Shown here one piece after another: positions 1 through 8,567 of a stretch of DNA of 64,000 nucleotides. How positions within the stretch are numbered: the stretch's first letter is position 1; each line of letters begins with the position of its first letter. The position numbers and the translations under genes were made by a program. A model generated the notes under the pieces. It did no database searches, was not told the DNA's origin, and was given only the letters and a program-made list of their open reading frames with translations. Source of the DNA: Limisphaerales bacterium (GTDB taxonomy: Bacteria; Verrucomicrobiota; Verrucomicrobiia; Limisphaerales; JAEYXS01); the NCBI GenBank assembly GCA_965283725.1, contig CBDIPT010000001.1, positions 799,154-863,153 of the forward strand, given 5' to 3'.

Positions 1-16
1 GGCGAGTGCGCTGGCG

Positions 17-1273
17 GTGGTGGTGGTGGGTTCACCTTTCGGCGAAACGCCGGCCCACACCTTGTTGCACGCGTTGTTGCGGAAGGAATATGAGCTGCCG
101 CGTTGTGCGGATCAGTTCCTGAACACGAAGCTGATGGCGACGTTGTTCAATTGGACGGTGAAGCTCAAAGAGGAACGCTATTTTCTTGGCTATAGCACGT
201 ACGCGATTCTGTGGCTGGGGGTGACTTTCCGGCTGGCGAACCAGTTGATGGCCGAGCATGGACGTTTTGTGGTGCAGCAATTGCGCCAGCGGCGGCCGGA
301 TGAGGATACGTTGCTGCCGCTGATCATCTACTGGCTGCTGGCTATCGTGCTGCTTTCGATCGTCGCGTATCTTGTATGGCTGGTTTTACGCGGGGCATAT
401 CGGGAGCTGGCGCCCAAGTTATTTCACGCCGAGGAGCGCGTCCGGCAGGATGCCAGTTCAACGTCTGGCAAACCAGCCGAGCCGGAGTTGGTGCGGTTTT
501 TGGGCAATACCATGTTGTGTGGTGAGCTAAGCGAATCCGTGAAACTAGAGCTTGCCCGGGCCATGCAGTATGTGGTGGTGGAGGCTGGTAAAACGATCAT
601 CCGCGAGCGGGATTCAGGGGAAGCGATGTTTCTGGTGTTCGAGGGGAAAGTGGATGTGCTCAAGGAGGATGAATCCGGGCATAACCGGCATATCACCTAT
701 CTGGGTCGGGGTGATGCGTTCGGCGAGATCGCCCTGCTGGATAAAGTGCCACGGACGAGTTCGGTGAAAGCTGTAGGCAAGACGGCGTTGCTCGTGCTGG
801 CCCGGGAGGATTTTGAACGCATCCTGGTGAGCAACCTCGGTTCGACCCAGATCAAGACGCTGATCCAGATCTCGGCTTTCCTACGGCGCAATCCGTTGTT
901 CGCGCGCTGGCATCCGCAGGCGTTGATGCAAGTCTCACGCGAGTTTGTGCTGCAGGAGTGTGCGTTAGGCCAGGTGGTGCTGAAGCAAGGGCAGGTCAAT
1001 GAAGCCTTCTATATAGTTTATGATGGCGAGTTCGTGGTCAGCCAAGGGGGCAAAGCCGTCGCTAAACTGCAGCCGGGTGATTTCTGCGGGGAGATCAGCC
1101 TGTTGCGGAATATCCCGGCAACAGCGGATGTGGTGGCGACGGGGAAGGCGCGCTGCCTCAAGCTGGACAAGGGGAGCTTCCTCCGCTTGGTGAGTCATGA
1201 TTTCCTGACGGGTTTGACGATTGAATCAACCGTGGTGAAGCGGCACGCACATGAGAACAGGAGGGGGCTGTGA
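17..1273 (+). CDS. membrane-anchored protein with two cyclic-nucleotide-binding (CAP-effector type) domains; possibly 5'-truncated by the window edge
   Basis: 418-aa ORF. Hydrophobic stretches 'YAILWLGVTF' and 'LLPLIIYWLLAIVLLSIVAYLVWLVL' are followed by two cNMP-binding signatures, 'GRGDAFGEIALL..RTSSV' and 'PGDFCGEISLL..ATADV'. The frame stays open back to nt 2. Confidence 0.8.
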   Translation: MVVVGSPFGETPAHTLLHALLRKEYELPRCADQFLNTKLMATLFNWTVKLKEERYFLGYSTYAILWLGVTFRLANQLMAEHGRFVVQQLRQRRPDEDTLLPLIIYWLLAIVLLSIVAYLVWLVLRGAYRELAPKLFHAEERVRQDASSTSGKPAEPELVRFLGNTMLCGELSESVKLELARAMQYVVVEAGKTIIRERDSGEAMFLVFEGKVDVLKEDESGHNRHITYLGRGDAFGEIALLDKVPRTSSVKAVGKTALLVLAREDFERILVSNLGSTQIKTLIQISAFLRRNPLFARWHPQALMQVSREFVLQECALGQVVLKQGQVNEAFYIVYDGEFVVSQGGKAVAKLQPGDFCGEISLLRNIPATADVVATGKARCLKLDKGSFLRLVSHDFLTGLTIESTVVKRHAHENRRGL

Positions 1274-2127
1274 GTCTTTTCCGGATTTTGCCGATCATCG
1301 CGGTAGGGGTGGCTGTGTTTCTGGGCAAAGATGCGTTCAAGGAGAACCTGAACGTCGTGGGCAAGGTGCAGAATGCAGCGACTTCCGGGATCGAGGTGGA
1401 TGCCATCGCAGATATGGTGATGACGGAGTTTTTGGAGAACACACGACTGCCAGTGGATGATTTCAGCACCTTCCTGCGGGAAAACTCGCAAGTCGGCAAG
1501 GGTAACAAAGAGGGCCGTGACCGGACCAAAGACCCTTGGGGCACACCATACAAATTGAAGGTCGTACGGCAGGGGTATGAAGTATTGAGCGCGGGACCAG
1601 ATGCACAGTGGGGGACGGAAGACGATCTTAAGGCGGCGCGGTCGTTGAAAGAGGTGCCGGGCGGGCTGGCGGTGACGCCGGATTCCTATGACAAGAAGGC
1701 GAAGCCAGCGGCAGCGTTGAACCCGTCGAAACCAGTGGTCAGCACGAAGCCAGCCAATGGCTCACTGCCGCGGCAAACGGCGGAGGAGACAGAACGTAAG
1801 GTGCTGGAATTCCATATCCGGCAGGCAGAAAGCGGAGCACCGGCTTTTCAGTATGAATTGGGTTTGCGATACCTGGAGGGGCGGGGCGTGGAGCTGAATG
1901 CCGCCAAAGGCCGTGAGTGGCTGGAGAAGGCGGCGCAGGGGGGAATCAAGATGCCGTGCAAAAGCTCAAGGCGCTGGATGCAGGGAAGAAGTAAGGACGG
2001 TTTGTGTTTGCGACCGGCACAAAACTTATTTGGAATCCAGCAGGCGGCGATGGTGTGCGTAGGCTTCCAGGAATTTCACTTGAGGACGCGTTTCAATGGC
2101 GGCGGGCTCGATGGCGCGGACCTTTAG
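1270..2127 (+). CDS. GspG-globular-domain-like protein with Sel1 repeat; 3' end distorted by an apparent 1-nt deletion (probable true stop 1992-1994)
   Basis: GTG start overlaps the upstream stop (GTGA). N-terminal helix 'ILPIIAVGVAVFL'. 'DPWGTPYKLK..LSAGPDAQWGTEDDL' resembles the C-terminal domain of T2SS pseudopilin G. 'LGLRYLEGRGVELNAAKGREWLEKAAQGG' is a Sel1 repeat. After the G6 run (1938-1943) the neighbouring frame reads 'NQDAVQKLKALDAGKK*', while the called frame reads junk and overlaps the convergent gene. Confidence 0.65.
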   Translation: MSLFRILPIIAVGVAVFLGKDAFKENLNVVGKVQNAATSGIEVDAIADMVMTEFLENTRLPVDDFSTFLRENSQVGKGNKEGRDRTKDPWGTPYKLKVVRQGYEVLSAGPDAQWGTEDDLKAARSLKEVPGGLAVTPDSYDKKAKPAAALNPSKPVVSTKPANGSLPRQTAEETERKVLEFHIRQAESGAPAFQYELGLRYLEGRGVELNAAKGREWLEKAAQGGIKMPCKSSRRWMQGRSKDGLCLRPAQNLFGIQQAAMVCVGFQEFHLRTRFNGGGLDGADL

Positions 2128-2544
2128 CACGGCCGTGGGGGCATCCGTACCTTGCGCAATGAGATACGCGGCCAGCATCGTTCCGGTGCGCCCCAGCCCG
2201 GCGTAGCAATGAACAGCGACGGCATGTCCACCAGCGCGGTGTTGATCCACGAAACGCACTAGTTCATCCGCTTGAGCGAAATCGGGCGCGCAGCCATCCG
2301 GGATGGGCAAACAGAGATAGTCCAAGCCAGCCGAGGAGTATACGGAAGCATCGGACGGGACATTCAACAGACAAACAACGGCCCGGATACCGGCGTCATA
2401 CAACACCGGGAGCTCGTCGTCGTAAGCCCGTAAGGAGGCACCTGTTTCCAGTCGCCGCTCCGAATGCAGAAAAGGCATGGGCATACCAGCCAGGACACCC
2501 GGAATCAACCACCAGAGCAGGTCTTGTTCAGGCTCATCAGCCAT
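2026..2544 (-). CDS. Cys-based protein tyrosine / dual-specificity phosphatase
   Basis: 172-aa ORF with the CX5R(S/T) P-loop 'VHCYAGLGRTG' at the usual distance from the C-terminus. Confidence 0.85.
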   Translation of the reverse strand: MADEPEQDLLWWLIPGVLAGMPMPFLHSERRLETGASLRAYDDELPVLYDAGIRAVVCLLNVPSDASVYSSAGLDYLCLPIPDGCAPDFAQADELVRFVDQHRAGGHAVAVHCYAGLGRTGTMLAAYLIAQGTDAPTAVLKVRAIEPAAIETRPQVKFLEAYAHHRRLLDSK

Positions 2545-2660
2545 GGCTCAGTGTGTTCACCCGATGAAATTTCTGCAAGCAGCGGGTGCCGATTACACTT
2601 CGGGCGCGAGTTTCCAATGGGCATTTGCCGGCTGAAATCATAAAGTTGGCACCAGAGTTT

Positions 2661-4712
2661 ATGCCGGAACTGGTTGCGAAAGATTTCTTCCAGCGTCAGG
2701 AGGAGGCCCGGACGGCTTCGTTCAGGTTGATTCCCTTGTTCTTGCTGGCCGCTGCGGCGGTGATCGGTTCGGTTTATCTGGTCTATTCCCTGTGCGCCTT
2801 GTTCGTAGCCGGGTTCTTCCGCTTCTGGCGGGGAGCGCTGGCGGAGGAGGATAGCAGAGTTTTTCATTTCTGGGACTGGGAACGGTTGCTCTGGACAGCA
2901 TTGGTGGTGCTGGTGCTTTTTTTGGTGATAAGTGTATGGAAGACACTGCAACTGCGCGAAGGCGGACGGGCGGTGGCGCGTTTGCTGGGAGCCCAAAGGG
3001 TCAGCCCCGGCGCCACCGATCCGGACAAGCGGCGGTTGCTGAATGTGGTCGAGGAGATGTCGGTCGCTTCCGGGATTCCGGTGCCGGATGTCTATCTGCT
3101 GGAACGTGAGCCTTCCATCAATGCTTTCGTCGCCGGGCATGCGGTCGATGACATGATCGTGGGTGTCACGGGCGGGGCGGTGAAGTATCTGACGCGGGAT
3201 GAACTGCAAGGCGTGATCGCGCATGAGTACAGCCATATCTTCAATGGCGACATGGCGTTGAAGATGCGGCTGATGGGCTGGGTGCATGGTCTGTTTGGCG
3301 TGACGATCTTGGCGGAATGGCTGATGGACCGGCGCAACGCCCAGTTTGAACGGCAGATGAGCGCGGATGGGAAACCGACTTTCAACGGCGTTCAAGTGGC
3401 CGCGGATCTGGCACTTTTGGTGATCGGCTTCGCTTTAAGTTTCATCGGCTGGCACGGAGCGGTATTCGGGCGGATCATCAAGGCTTCAGTCTGCCGGCAA
3501 CGCGAGCACTTGGCGGATGCGGCAGCGGTACAATTCACGCGGTATCCGGAAGGGTTGGCGGGGGCATTGGAAAAGGTGCGCCAATGGCCGGATGGAGGCC
3601 AGGTGGTTTGTCCGCACGCGGAAGAGGCAAGTCACATGTTCTTTGCGGATGCCTTGCAGGAGGAGCGTTATGTGCTGCTGATGTCCACGCATCCGCCGGT
3701 GGCGGAACGCCTCGCGCGGATACAAAACATGATGGGGAGGTCTGCGCCGCGGGCAGAAGTGCAGGGGAAAGACTCGGTGGACGATGCTTCGGTGACGCAG
3801 CCAGTGGGGAAAACGCCTGCACCGGGGCGGAAAGAAGGCCAGCCGGCGATGCCGGTGGTGCAGCCGGAAAAAATTGTCGCAGCGACCGGCGGCGGTGTGG
3901 CAGTTGAACGGTCCATAGCGCAAGTGGGTTTGCCGGTGACGGAGCATCTGGCGTTTGCCACCAAGTTGCTGAATGAGCAGCCCGAGTCATTGAAGGAAGC
4001 GATGCGTGACAAGCTGCGAGCCCAGTGGTTGATCTGCGGATTGCTGCTAAGCAGCGCTCCTACGGTGCGGCAAGTTCAGGCAGAAATTATCACCCGGCAT
4101 TTGGGCGAGGCAGCGGCTGAAGCGGCCAAGGGTTACGATGAGGAAACAAGGAAACTGCCACCGCAAGCCAGAGTGCCGCTGGTGGAGCTTTCCCTGCCGG
4201 GTCTGCGGGAAATGACACCGGCGGAATATCGGCAGTTTGATCAATGCCTGCAAGAGTTGGTGGCGTGTGATCAGGAACTGGATGTGTTCGAGTTCGCCTT
4301 GCAGCACATCTTGCGGCGGCATCTGGGGGGCAAGTATCAGCTGCGATTGAAGCCGGAGCTGCGCTACTTTTCCGTGCAGGCGGTGGCCGGGGATGTCTCA
4401 GTGCTGCTTACGTTGCTGGCTTCCGCCGGGCAGGAAGGTGATGACGTGCGGGCGGCTTTCGCAGCCGGGGTAAAGAGTTTCAATTCGACCCAGCTTAATC
4501 TGCGTTGGCTTGGGAACGGTCAATGCACCTTGGCCACTTTGCAGGCGGCCTTGGAAAATCTCGCGGAAACGGGGCCATCAGTGAAACGAGCGGTATTGCA
4601 AGCGTGCGCGGCGACCGTGGCCGCAGATGGGCTGATCCAGGCGGCGGAAGGGGAGTTGCTCCGGGCTATAGCGGATGCGCTCGATTGTCCCATGCCGCCC
4701 TTGGTGAAATAG
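2661..4712 (+). CDS. M48-family Zn metallopeptidase (HtpX-like) with a long C-terminal TerB/DjlA-like helical extension
   Basis: ORF is open from 2586; the ATG at 2661 gives the family-typical N-terminus 'DFFQRQEEARTASFRL'. Two TM helices, HExxH 'IAHEYSHI', downstream 'HPPVAERL'. C-terminal 'AAEGELLRAIADAL' resembles TerB-type modules. Confidence 0.85.
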   Translation: MPELVAKDFFQRQEEARTASFRLIPLFLLAAAAVIGSVYLVYSLCALFVAGFFRFWRGALAEEDSRVFHFWDWERLLWTALVVLVLFLVISVWKTLQLREGGRAVARLLGAQRVSPGATDPDKRRLLNVVEEMSVASGIPVPDVYLLEREPSINAFVAGHAVDDMIVGVTGGAVKYLTRDELQGVIAHEYSHIFNGDMALKMRLMGWVHGLFGVTILAEWLMDRRNAQFERQMSADGKPTFNGVQVAADLALLVIGFALSFIGWHGAVFGRIIKASVCRQREHLADAAAVQFTRYPEGLAGALEKVRQWPDGGQVVCPHAEEASHMFFADALQEERYVLLMSTHPPVAERLARIQNMMGRSAPRAEVQGKDSVDDASVTQPVGKTPAPGRKEGQPAMPVVQPEKIVAATGGGVAVERSIAQVGLPVTEHLAFATKLLNEQPESLKEAMRDKLRAQWLICGLLLSSAPTVRQVQAEIITRHLGEAAAEAAKGYDEETRKLPPQARVPLVELSLPGLREMTPAEYRQFDQCLQELVACDQELDVFEFALQHILRRHLGGKYQLRLKPELRYFSVQAVAGDVSVLLTLLASAGQEGDDVRAAFAAGVKSFNSTQLNLRWLGNGQCTLATLQAALENLAETGPSVKRAVLQACAATVAADGLIQAAEGELLRAIADALDCPMPPLVK

Positions 4713-5027
4713 CTAGTCGAGCATCAGTCATAAACTGCGGCCCGCTTGAAACAGGACGAACCATAGCTGGTTACGGGAATGGATTCGTGCTGGTTTGTCT
4801 GGAAAAAGGTCATTAGTGACTTTGTTTTCTGGACACTCGCAGGACACGGTTTGCATCGGGATTATTTCATAGCGACATCGTGCGAAAGCATACGGCTGTA
4901 CGGTCTTAGCATGGGAGGGGATGATGCGGCTGATGGGCGGGGGAGGAGTTTAGGCGAACTCATTTTCAGGACATACGTTTAGGCTGCAAAGGGTTGGCAG
5001 CCTTCGTGCTAAATAGCAGACAAGCCT

Positions 5028-5975
5028 ATGCGAAACATAAATACAAAAATACATCTACTCTGCTTCGGTCTGGCGACCTTCATATCCACCCTGACGCTGC
5101 CGGCGGATACCGTGCAACATGTCATCAATGTGCCTTCCACCTCGTTGCTTTCCGGTGAGACGCCGCTGCCGTTCACGGTGCCGCAGTTCGATTCTACTTT
5201 GGGATCGCTGGTGGCGGTGCATGTCAGCGCCAAGTCCACGCTGGATTATAACTCTTTCGTGCTGAACTTTGGTTCACCGGCGAGTGTGACGGTGGATTAC
5301 AACGTGGCCGTGAATCTTTACCGGCCGGATGCCAGCGTGATGCTGGGGGGCAATGTCACGAAACAGGAACAAACCTTCGTAGACACTTTTGGCGAAGCGG
5401 TCATTTTGGGAGCTGCCGAGACGACGACGGCGGGCGTATTTGCAGGTGCGGCCGATTTGGGCTTGTTCACCGGTACGGGCAACGTCGCGCTCAACTTGGG
5501 GGCGACGGATCTGACCTCGGTTTCCAATCCGTTCAATTTCATGGTCATGTCGGACCTTCATCTCGCGGCTGAAGTGACAGTGACGTATGAATATGAAGTG
5601 GTCAGTACCACGCAGGAAGTCGTCTTGGAGATCCAGCCGTCGGTGAATCTCAAGAGCCAAGGGGTGTTGCCGGTGGCGATACTCTCCACGGCGGATTTCT
5701 CCGCATTGGATATTGATGTGAGCACGCTGCTGCTGGGCGATCCCGCCCTCACGGGCACAGTGGCTCCGCTACGCGCGGCGGTGGAAGATGTGAATGGCGA
5801 TGGCCTGGCGGATTTGGTGGTGCACTTCAGCACACCCGCGCTGGTGTCAGCCGGGGCAGTAGGACCGTCATCGGTGGAACTGGCTTTGAGCGGGACCACG
5901 ACCAGCGGTGGAAGCATCACTGGAGCAGACGCCATCCGCATTGTGCCTGGTTCTTCCAAGGGCAAGGGTAAATAA
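5028..5975 (+). CDS. secreted hypothetical protein (choice-of-anchor-like beta domain plus Ca-binding-like 'DVNGDGLADLVV' loop)
   Basis: 315-aa ORF with signal peptide 'MRNINTKIHLLCFGLATFISTLTLPA'. Thr/Val/Ser-rich beta-type composition. FG-GAP/VCBS-like Asp loop near the C-terminus. A strong terminator follows. Confidence 0.55.
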   Translation: MRNINTKIHLLCFGLATFISTLTLPADTVQHVINVPSTSLLSGETPLPFTVPQFDSTLGSLVAVHVSAKSTLDYNSFVLNFGSPASVTVDYNVAVNLYRPDASVMLGGNVTKQEQTFVDTFGEAVILGAAETTTAGVFAGAADLGLFTGTGNVALNLGATDLTSVSNPFNFMVMSDLHLAAEVTVTYEYEVVSTTQEVVLEIQPSVNLKSQGVLPVAILSTADFSALDIDVSTLLLGDPALTGTVAPLRAAVEDVNGDGLADLVVHFSTPALVSAGAVGPSSVELALSGTTTSGGSITGADAIRIVPGSSKGKGK

Positions 5976-6004
5976 GCGGATAGTGCACTGAGTTTAGCAG
6001 GCAG

Positions 6005-6040
6005 AACGCCGGACGGGGAGGTCCGGCGTTTTTGCTTTTT
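6005..6040 (+). terminator. rho-independent terminator
   Basis: Perfect 10-bp stem aacgccggac (6005-6014) / gtccggcgtt (6021-6030), 6-nt loop, then tttgcttttt. Confidence 0.75.
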
Positions 6041-6177
6041 GTGGGGTGTTATCCAGAGGCGGCGAAGGGCTAGAAAACCTACCAAGGACGAAATCATTAT
6101 CACCCGGTCATGATCACAGCCAGACGGCTCGGCGGTTGCATTCTGGCGTGGTGAACCGGTAATCTCGGGCGCAAGCC

Positions 6178-7623
6178 ATGAAACTATTTTCTACGCTGGC
6201 CCGGGTGCTTGTGTTGCTCGCGGTCAGTTGCACGGCGGTATCTCGTAGCGAGGCGGCCCAAGCCAAGCCCAATATCCTTGTCATCCTGACGGATGATCAG
6301 CGGGCGGATTCACTGAGTTGTGCGGGCAACAAACTGGTAGCCACGCCGAATATCGACCGGCTGGCGCAGGAAGGCGCGCGGTTCAGGAATGTGTTTGTCA
6401 CCACGTCGCTCTGTTCACCGAGCCGGGCATCCATGTTGAGCGGGCAGTATGCACGGCAGCACGGGGTGCAGAACAATTTCACGGAATACCCGGTGGATCT
6501 GCCGAGCTACCCGCGCAGCCTGAAGAACGCAGGTTACCAGACGGCCTATATCGGCAAGTGGCATATGGGGGAGGATAATGACGAGCAGCGTCCGGGCTTC
6601 GATCACTGGTTCAGCCATCGCGGGCAGGGGAATTACTTCGACAACGAATTCAACAACGACGGCGTGCGAAAGAAGATCCCCGGCTACTACACCACGGTGG
6701 TGACGGAGCATGCTTTGGACTGGTTAAAGCAGAAACGGGACAAGCCGTTCCTCCTCATCCTTGGGCAGAAAGCACCGCATGGGGGACCCATCCAGCCGGA
6801 ACCGCGCTTTGAGCATGCGTTAGACCACGTGCCGGTGCCCAAGCCGATGAATGCGGATGATTACGTCGCGCCCGACAAGCCGGCCTGGCTGAAGGAGAGC
6901 TACCCGACGTGGCATGGCGGTGGCGGTCCGCTGTATGGTTTGCAGACGCATGAACGCTTTGTGCGGACGTATCTGGCCACGCTCCTCTCGGTAGATGAAA
7001 GTGTGGGGCGCATCTACGAGGCGCTGAAGGCGGCCGGACAGCTGGACAACACCGTTATCATCTATACGAGCGATAATGGCTTTGTGCTGGGCGAGCATGG
7101 GCGGGTGGATAAACGGACGATGTATGAGGAGAGCCTGCGCATTCCTTTGCTGGTACGGTATCCGCCCGTGGTGAAGCCGGGGACGGTGGTGGACAAGATG
7201 GTGCTGAGCCTCGATATGGCTCCGAGCATCGTGGAGTTCGGCGGTGGTAAGCCGCTGAAAGGGATCGATGGGCTTTCGTGGAAACCCTTGGTGGAGGGCA
7301 AGCAGGTGAAATGGCGAGAGGCTTTTCTGTACGAATACAACTTCGAGAAACAGTTCCCTTATACGCCCAATGTGCGGGGAATCCGGACGGACGAGTGGAA
7401 GCTGATCCGGTATCCGCACGGAGATGGCAGCCCGGACCGGTTCACGGCAGAACTATATCATCTGAGCGAGGATCCATTGGAGCAAAAGAATCTCATCAAT
7501 GAGCCGCGCTGGGCGGCGCAACGGCAGAAACTGGAGCGCGATTTGGAGAAGCTTTCCAAGCGGATCGGGCCGGACAAGATGCCTCTGTATGAGGGCATCA
7601 CCAATGTGCTGCCGAAGTATTAG
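6178..7623 (+). CDS. formylglycine-dependent sulfatase (arylsulfatase / N-acetylglucosamine-6-sulfatase-like)
   Basis: 481 aa with a signal peptide. 'LTDDQRADS' metal-site motif and the sulfatase signature 'CSPSRASMLSGQY' (C-x-P-x-R). 'YTSDNGF..GEHG' in the C-terminal part. Confidence 0.9.
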   Translation: MKLFSTLARVLVLLAVSCTAVSRSEAAQAKPNILVILTDDQRADSLSCAGNKLVATPNIDRLAQEGARFRNVFVTTSLCSPSRASMLSGQYARQHGVQNNFTEYPVDLPSYPRSLKNAGYQTAYIGKWHMGEDNDEQRPGFDHWFSHRGQGNYFDNEFNNDGVRKKIPGYYTTVVTEHALDWLKQKRDKPFLLILGQKAPHGGPIQPEPRFEHALDHVPVPKPMNADDYVAPDKPAWLKESYPTWHGGGGPLYGLQTHERFVRTYLATLLSVDESVGRIYEALKAAGQLDNTVIIYTSDNGFVLGEHGRVDKRTMYEESLRIPLLVRYPPVVKPGTVVDKMVLSLDMAPSIVEFGGGKPLKGIDGLSWKPLVEGKQVKWREAFLYEYNFEKQFPYTPNVRGIRTDEWKLIRYPHGDGSPDRFTAELYHLSEDPLEQKNLINEPRWAAQRQKLERDLEKLSKRIGPDKMPLYEGITNVLPKY

Positions 7624-7745
7624 TTACCGAGGTGTAAGCGGTGTTTAAGTGTGAATTTAATCGGTGTAAGTGTGTGGTGGAGTTATATTTGTGCTTAGAT
7701 TAAATATAAATTTGATTTAATGTGCTTTTAGTGCGAGATTCTCCT
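7624..7745. other. AT-rich spacer with short direct repeats
   Basis: Sharp drop in GC relative to the flanks. GGTGTAAG at 7631-7638 and 7663-7670, with variant GTGTTTAAGTG at 7642-7652. 'aatttaat' / 'gatttaat' motifs occur further on. Confidence 0.5.
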
Positions 7746-7891
7746 CGCCATGAACAAGGAGATGGCAACGGAGGCGAAGTGGGTAAGCGCTTGGGGACCG
7801 GCGCCGTCGTCCGGCTGTTTTCCAAGGTGGTGCCAAAGCCCGGCTAAGATCGCCCGGCCGGCGGGAGGAAAAGTTTACAAATATCGTCTAA

Positions 7892-7917
7892 GGAATGTGC
7901 TCCGGGTGTGTCGTATA
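7892..7917 (+). promoter_or_regulatory. candidate ECF-type promoter (GGAAT-N15-CGTA)
   Basis: 'ggaat' at 7892-7896 and 'cgtata' at 7912-7917, about 80 nt upstream of the ATG at 7995. The spacer is 1-2 nt shorter than the usual AAC-N16/17-CGT, so this call is weak. Confidence 0.25.
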
Positions 7918-7994
7918 GGTGTGATGACACCGATTATGGCCGGTCGAACCCGGAGCGAAACCGTGACCTGACACGCAATGTCACCCCAACTTCC

Positions 7995-8567
7995 ATGACC
8001 GTGGTGCAACCTGACGCTGCAGCCAGCGCGGAGAAGCCGCGTCCGGAAACGATCGAGGAGCTGTTCGCAGCGCTCGAATCGCCGTTGCTCAGTTATGCGC
8101 TGCGGTTGGTGGGGGAGCGGGCGCCGGCGGAGGATGTCGTCCAGGAAGCGTTTATGAAGTTACATGCCCAGTTTGCCGAAGTGCAGGAGCCGCGCAGGTG
8201 GCTCTACCGCACCGTGCATAATCTGGCGTTGAACCACCGGCGGCAGGCGGCCAAGACGGTCCCGATGGATACGGGCAGCGGAACGGACGGCGAAGAGCAG
8301 GCGGACAACAACCACAACGGGACGGACCCGGAGCCGTTGCCGGATGAGCAGATCATCCGCTGGGAAGGCATCGGGCTGGTGCGGCTGAGCCTGAGCACGC
8401 TGGATGAACGGAGCCGCGAGGTGGTGCGGCTGAAATTTGACGAAAACCTTTCCTATCAGGAGATCGCGCGGCGGACGGGGCTGAGCAACAGCAATGTGGG
8501 GTATCTCCTGCACCATGCCTTGAAGGCGATAGCGGCAGAACTTGCCAAGACGGGACTCGTGCCATGA
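7995..8567 (+). CDS. ECF-family RNA polymerase sigma-70 factor
   Basis: Region 2 'DVVQEAFMKL..RWLYRTVHNLALNHRR' and region 4 HTH 'LSYQEIARRTGLSNSNVGYLLHHALK'. ORF is open from 7908 (GTG); the ATG at 7995 gives a typical ~190-aa length. Its stop overlaps the next start (ATGA). Confidence 0.85.
   Translation: MTVVQPDAAASAEKPRPETIEELFAALESPLLSYALRLVGERAPAEDVVQEAFMKLHAQFAEVQEPRRWLYRTVHNLALNHRRQAAKTVPMDTGSGTDGEEQADNNHNGTDPEPLPDEQIIRWEGIGLVRLSLSTLDERSREVVRLKFDENLSYQEIARRTGLSNSNVGYLLHHALKAIAAELAKTGLVP

Noticed and set aside
4779-4982. Small intergenic ORFs (4779-4982, 7750-7971, 26360-26590, 40156-40434, 46397-46606) considered as candidate small proteins or toxins.
   Set aside because: No RBS-like context or motif, and odd composition. 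They lie in promoter-type spacers between divergent or tandem genes, so nothing supports them beyond being open.
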